Shown here one piece after another: positions 58,024-64,000 of a DNA stretch of 64,000 bases (positions within the stretch are counted from its first letter, which is position 1; every line of letters begins with the position of its first letter). The notes beneath the pieces are model-generated. The model worked only from the letters and a program-made list of their open reading frames with translations. It was not told the origin of the DNA and searched no databases. The DNA is taken from assembly GCA_002811645.1 (NCBI GenBank), contig PDIP01000048.1, positions 62,001 to 126,000 of the forward strand, given 5' to 3'. This DNA is from Corallochytrium limacisporum Hawaii. Lineage: Eukaryota > Protista > Pluriformea. The translations under genes and the position numbers were made by a program.

Positions 58024-60565
58024 GTCACCTCTCTGACTATATGGCCAATACCAAGTAGTACTGAAATATATACTCTGACCGTGTGGGGCTGAATTGGAAG
58101 AAATTTGGTGATTCAAGAGACTTTTCCTTTTTGTTCTGCGGTCCTTCGTATGGGGCTGTATGGAAAGGGGCGAACAAACGAGAGCGAAAAAAACCCCCCC
58201 CCCCTATTTCAGTGGAGAAAGCTCCGTGGTGTATTTCGAAATGATTCAGTAATTAGCAAATTGAAAAGGGAGCTCTGTCAGTTTGGGGAAACAAGGGCAC
58301 AATACTTGAAACCAAAAAGTTAAATGCCGCTGTATAGGTCTGGCTCTTTGTGTCTCCGGACAGGCTTAGAAGGAAGGGCGAAAGGGGGCGTGTCCGCATG
58401 TCGACTAAAATGGTTTACTAGGTGATGATGAGGAAAAGCCCTTTTTTTCTTTTCTCTTTGGGCAAGGCACATAGAAAAAACTTGCTTACTCATGCAGTCT
58501 GTTGTGTGTGTGTGTTCTATTTAGTGTTTTGATAGTGACACCTTTGTCAGTTTGCTGAGGTGTGCTTTCCGCCCCAGGGAGACGATAGCACTTTGCATCT
58601 GACGACATCTGGTCGCTGATACACGCTGAACTACCATCCGGTAGTCTGTCCAGATAACACAGTGCCGGTGGTGAAATGTTCTGCGATGTGTCAGTCAGTG
58701 TGTATACGAAGCGGACATGCTTCTGCCGATGTGAGTCACCAGGCGTATGGACATCCAGCAAGACATCTACGCCCTGTGGCAGAGAGTATTTGGCTACGTA
58801 GCATGTGTCTTTTCGGTACGATGTTTGTTGTACATTGCGGTCAGCGTTCCTAGATTCTGTTTTCTCAAGTGCACACGTCACTCTCTGATCACGAACTCAT
58901 TCCTAGCTTTTTCTCAATTTGTGGCGTACGGAGGGGCAGTATTTGAAGGATCTGCCACACGGGTGTCGGCGTCTCCCTAGTTTTTGATTCTGAGCACAAT
59001 ACACGTACCATACATACGGGGAATCGCAGTGATCGGGACACAGGCTGCGAGGTGTACAGGGCAATAGCCAAGTTAAAAGATGGTGGAATCTGATGGATGC
59101 ATTCTATGGAGGTATTCGGCAATCCGTTCTCTCGCATGGTTAAGATCGCATGGTCACATAACTGTGCACTCAGTATGAGTGTCGCTGTCAAAATACAGAT
59201 ATGTGAGTGTGGCCACATCATGCTGTGAAGATGGTGCCCCAAGGGCTCCATCTCCGTTGCTCAACGCTCACGCACAGTCACAGGCACTCTGAAGAGAGCG
59301 AAGGTGGCAGAGAGAGACGAGAGAAGGAAGTGTGGGCGATGGGGACACGCGCACAGAAGAACAAAATTCGAAAGGGGTCCCCCGGGGGGGGAGAACCTGG
59401 TGGAAAGAATATAGCAAGGAACCATAGAGCAGAAAGTTTGGGAGAAGGCGATGGAAAAAAAAAAGGAAGAATGGACACAGAAAGAAAAGAAAGTTAGGTT
59501 TCGGAGGGGTGTGGTGGTGGGGTGTGCTTCGTCACAGGCTTCCTCAGGCGGAAGCCCCAAATCATGGCCCAAAAGTCATTTTCTCAGTATTTGGCGCCAC
59601 GTTCGTTGGTAGACGAAGGCCTAGGGGCTCGCGCGGTGGTTGCTACTCCCCCACCCCCTCCGTCCCCCCCCAGGACGGTTCAAAATAGTATGGGGGGGCA
59701 AGTCATGGGTTCTTTCTTTGAATTTTATACAATACATTCAGTATATTAACTCTGGCAATGATGCCCTGGACGTGGTGGTGGGTGGTACGCCGGGGTTCTC
59801 GCCAGGATAACTTCTTCATGTCCAACTGCAGAGATAAACCCGTGTGTCACCATGCGACGTTGGTACCCACAGGGAGAGAGCGAGCTTCTCGTGACCGCTT
59901 GCATCATCCCTTCCGGACGGTCCTAATTCTCTGAAACTCCCCTTCCACACTTACTAACTGCCCTTTCAATAGATCACTCACATCTTTCTCGACTGCCAAG
60001 CAACTCGGGTCGGCCAGTAGAGCAGCAGTACCCTTTGTACGGCGCGGGGGGGGGTTTCGCTTTCCGTTTTGGGTCCATTCCAAGTCCGTCGTCCCCAGCC
60101 TTCTCCCCAAGAGACCAAGTAATCCCGACGTGACACGGTCGGATACACACGGTTCGGCCGATGGGGGTTGGAGCTCAGTGCCCGGTTCCCAGGTCCCGAT
60201 ACACAGGCCACGAGACATATGGTGCGGCATCAGCAGCAGACGTGAAAGGATCCAACAATTGTGCACTGTTTGTGCTGGCTCTGTCAAAGATCTACATCAG
60301 ATGGCGCACGATGCCAAGAATTCCAGTGTGCAAAGGGAAATTGCAAAACACAGAGCGAGAGAGAGGGGGAGAGGAGGGGTGCAACAGAGACCACAGCAAG
60401 AGGAGCAGGGAAAGGTGGCTTGACCCAGCCATTCGTGTTCTTTGAGTTTGCCGCTCCCAGTCCTTTTTTCTTTTTTTTTTCAAGACACTTGACCTTCTTT
60501 TGGTTTTTCTTTTCCTTGGCCGCGGAGAAAACAGACGAAGCGGGAAGGGGGGGGAGGGGGAAAGG

Positions 60566-60791
60566 NNNNNNNNNNNNNNNNNNNNNNNNNNNNNNNNNNN
60601 NNNNNNNNNNNNNNNNNNNNNNNNNNNNNNNNNNNNNNNNNNNNNNNNNNNNNNNNNNNNNNNNNNNNNNNNNNNNNNNNNNNNNNNNNNNNNNNNNNNN
60701 NNNNNNNNNNNNNNNNNNNNNNNNNNNNNNNNNNNNNNNNNNNNNNNNNNNNNNNNNNNNNNNNNNNNNNNNNNNNNNNNNNNNNNNNNNN
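60566..60791. other. Assembly gap (N run)
   Basis: N run flanked on both sides by G-rich tracts. Confidence 1.
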
Positions 60792-61213
60792 GTGGGGGGG
60801 AAAGGGGGGTCTGGGGGCTAAGGAAAAGGACCAGTGGCTCGCTTCTCGTTGACATGTCCCAGAGCCCGGTCTGTATGCCCCATCCAAGATCCCACATCCC
60901 AGTCGAAACATTTCCCATACAGGATGTGAAGGGATATCATGACTTTTTCAGGTAAGGTTCCATTGTCCCATGAAGTTGGTTACTGGACCCTTGTGGTGCA
61001 GGAACACTCGGGATCTGTGAAAGTGGCTTTGCGGGGCTCCGAGATGATAGGATGACCGGTAAGTGAAGAAGATGAAGAAGGTGCCGCGCCCTGGCTTACT
61101 ACTATTTCAAGTATCCTACACTCAATCACTAAGAAAATGATCTTTTGGTTGCTGTGAATAGAACAAAACAATATAGAACAAAGCATAGTTCAGCTAGTAG
61201 GAGGCAGAAAGGT

Positions 61214-62065
61214 ATGCCCCCGCAGACACGGTTAACAAACGAGTTCTCCGAAACTGGCGGCATGAGAGAGACACAGACTTCCACAGATAAGAAAATCACG
61301 GGAATAGGGAAGAAGTTTGCGAGAAAATTGTCCTCTGCGATGTCAAAAGCACCCGAAAACAATGGAGCAGGAACACGCCGTGGTTCCATAGTCTCAGAAT
61401 CTGAGGCCTCCTGGACTCCTCGTTCGTTTTCTAATGACTCCGGTGACACGGTTAGCAATTTGTCCCTTGCGTCATCAGGGAGCTCGTCCAGCATTGCTTT
61501 TCTAGAACATTTTAAGGGTCGTAAGATTAATGGACGCTGCAACAGCCCTCGACTACGCCGCACTAGTTCTCCTGTGGAATCTTTCAACACGAGCGACATA
61601 AGACGGATGTCTGAGCCTGTCAGACAGACTGCTGTCAAGCCAACTCTTCAGGCTGCTGGTAAGCCTCACTTAAGGACTGTTTTCCATTCAAGGATCATGT
61701 ACGCCATGGTTAGCATGTCCACAGAGACGAGTAAGGTAGAGCGTTGGGCTCTGAAGAATGAGAAAACTGAAGTTGTCAATGGCAAGGAGATCGCACATAT
61801 CCGGTTCCGCGCCGGTGAAGCCATTTTCCGAGTTCCCTGCGAAGTTCATGAGTCTTTGGAGGCCGAAGTTATCCTTGGATTTGACTTCCTTGTAACTCAA
61901 GGAAAGACCCATGGCATTCGTACAGCGTCCACCAAGCAGATCGTCATGCGGGACAACAAGAAGCCTCTGGCACTAATGCCCTACACGCGGAAATCTTCCA
62001 TGAAAAGGGTTTCTTTTAATCGTACCGTTCAGGTCATGTCGATGCCGGAAATCCCTGTACAGTAA
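61214..62065 (+). CDS. 283-aa protein: Ser-rich disordered N-terminus, degenerate retropepsin-like domain and C-terminal RVxF motif
   Basis: EVILGFDFL matches the retroviral-type aspartyl protease tail motif; the segment where D-S/T-G is expected reads YAMVSMST; KRVSF near the C-terminus. Confidence 0.65.
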   Translation: MPPQTRLTNEFSETGGMRETQTSTDKKITGIGKKFARKLSSAMSKAPENNGAGTRRGSIVSESEASWTPRSFSNDSGDTVSNLSLASSGSSSSIAFLEHFKGRKINGRCNSPRLRRTSSPVESFNTSDIRRMSEPVRQTAVKPTLQAAGKPHLRTVFHSRIMYAMVSMSTETSKVERWALKNEKTEVVNGKEIAHIRFRAGEAIFRVPCEVHESLEAEVILGFDFLVTQGKTHGIRTASTKQIVMRDNKKPLALMPYTRKSSMKRVSFNRTVQVMSMPEIPVQ

Positions 62066-62269
62066 TTTGAACACATCAGCAACACACATACCACATAACA
62101 TACAATACTCATATTTCATCCTAGTTCAGGAGTGCGCCCCATGATATGGCACACCTATCATCATCATCATTATCCTCCATACACTACTAGCAATAACGCG
62201 TGAACTGATATTACGTACTTTCGCATCTGGGCTGCGTACATTTCTCTGATTCAATACTCATCAGTGGGT

Positions 62270-63194
62270 CTACAGGCCCCAAACCCGGAGTTTACCATCT
62301 CTGGAGCCGGAAATCCAGCGATCACCAATCACGCGACACAAGCTGTTTACACCTTCGGCATGTCCATTCATGTCACAGATCTTGTCCTGCGTTGGCACAT
62401 TGTAGGCTACAATACTACCGTCATCCAGCCATAACAACACAGCCACTGCGATCAAACCTCACACAGTTGATCACGTGTGGTCCACAGTCGGGGCTGCTAA
62501 TCTCTGCACCCATTCGCACAGCCCAGGCACACACTACTCCATCCGCATCAGATGATACAACGGAGTCTCCGCGCAGGCTGAAATCCACACTCGTGTACGC
62601 GTTCAGGTGACCGTGCAGGGTGTGCGCGAAGAGACCAGTGCGGACATCCCAGAGGGAAACGGTCTTGTCTGCACTGGCCGTGCATGCCACCGGGGTGTAG
62701 GGCTGAAAACACGCAGCGTTAACAGCGTCGGCGTGGCCACGAAGTGTGGTCCGACTGACCTGATACTGCAGGTCCCAAATCTTCGCAGTCTGATCCATGG
62801 AACCCGAAATCAGGGAGTCCCCTCCGACCAGGTGGGATACGCTCCACACAGCACCAGCGTGCTCTGTGAGAGTGTGCAGGCGCTGGGACTTTAGATACGA
62901 CCGGATCTTGATCTGACAATCACCGCTACCGGTCACCAACAAAGGCTTTGAGGGGTTGAAGTCAGCTGTGGCGATCCAGTCACGGTGGCCCTTACCGCTC
63001 GTTATCAATTCACCGCTATTGATGCTCCACATACTCCACAAAACGTTGTCACTAGCGCTAACAGCTACTACCTTGGTCGGATGGGAAGCCACCGTCGAAA
63101 TGGGGAGTTTGTGAGTTGTATAGTTAGTTTGGCTTCCCTGCGGAAGTGCCTTTCGTGAATGCCAACCCGTGTCCGTTCGGAACCATGCTCCCAT
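62270..63194 (-). pseudogene. SPAG16: SPAG16/PF20 (flagellar central-pair WD40 protein), frameshifted and N-terminally truncated
   Basis: Successive WD repeats follow PF20/SPAG16 order (GHRDWI, H.GAVWSV, LRGHADAVN, TASADKTVSLWDVRTG, SSDADGVV, GPH..N.V.FDRSG). The frame breaks at GCT GGA TGA (62429-62421) and continues in another frame as DDGSIV...GHAEGVN...SGSRDGKLRVW. Confidence 0.8.
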
Positions 63195-64000
63195 GGACTT
63201 CCTGTACGAATTCTAGCCTCCCTGCCGTCCCCAAACCCACATCCCCCTTCCCAACTCGCACTCTGGGGTGCGCGCGACCAAACGCCGTCCTTCGTTGGGT
63301 GCCTGCAATAGGGCAATGAAAAATAGGCCCCAGATTGAAGTCCACGAAGGGTGCACTCGATCCTGGTGATTTAAATAAGTAATATCATTCCATTGTTTAA
63401 AAAGTAAAGATGAGACTAAATTACAGGTATCCGGATATGGAAAATATGACCCGTATTCGGCCGCGTCAGTTCTCCCGGTGTATGGACTGCTCAATAGTGA
63501 GAGTACCGAGGGGAATGTTGGGGAGCGACACCAGGAATAGTTTGTATACAAAACCGGGCTAAATTTTCTAGAGACAGAACCACGATTGGTTTCCGGCCAC
63601 ACAGGTACAACTAAGAGTTCTATTCCATAGCCACCATCGCACTGCACCGCACTGCCATGCTCAAAGATGGATGTTGTGTTCTGTGCAATGGATACCTCCA
63701 CACAGTACAAAGACCCCGGTCGATAATGATTTTGATGCCGGAGTGAATTGATACGGGGCGGTATGGTGCCAAATCTCTTAGGATGTCGAGGGCAAAGGGA
63801 AACAAAAGAGGAGGTCCCAAACTCGTCCGGTACCAAACCAAGCCAAAAGAGGGGCTTGAGCGTGGCCGGAGGAAGCGGGTTTTCCGCTGAATTAGAGAGC
63901 ATTCATTTCGTTTCCGAACCCAACCGAACCCAACCGAAAATAAACCTGGCGCTAGTATATATCTATGGTAGTCAATGCTGGAGTGCTGCTGCCTCTTGAA

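Noticed and set aside
56426-60955. ORFs spanning the N runs or the CA microsatellite
   Set aside because: Artefacts of assembly gaps and simple repeats.
63213-63902. 229-aa ORF as the missing SPAG16 N-terminus
   Set aside because: No coiled-coil character or similarity to the PF20 N-terminal region; the composition looks non-coding.

Overview
Gene-dense eukaryotic nuclear DNA containing about 21 intact protein-coding genes, none with an intron in its coding region (even the 4.9-kb SPT6 is a single ORF). Animal-type mitofusin, SH3-bearing ZDHHC6, an SLK/STK10 kinase and a HUNK-like kinase point to a unicellular holozoan. Together with the lack of introns this fits Corallochytrium or a relative (inference). 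Main observations: (1) a selenoprotein missed by the ORF track: a SelU/PRXL2-type thioredoxin-fold gene with an in-frame TGA in an RRFG-U-AYC motif and a well-formed type II SECIS in its 3' UTR; (2) a 66-aa small ORF that aligns with the mitochondrial micropeptide mitoregulin; (3) a frameshifted, eroding flagellar central-pair gene (SPAG16/PF20) and a decayed DH-PH RhoGEF remnant in apparently intergenic DNA; (4) a complete archaeal/plant-type topoisomerase VI B subunit and a fungal-type GT15 mannosyltransferase; (5) unusual architectures: a C2 domain inside a PXA-RGS-PX sorting nexin, a catalytically dead retropepsin-like protein with a PP1-docking motif, and a probable AUA-initiated mitochondrial extension of TRMT2. 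There are two assembly gaps. No rRNA, tRNA, CRISPR array or intact mobile element was found. All family assignments come from motif recognition by eye, not from database searches.
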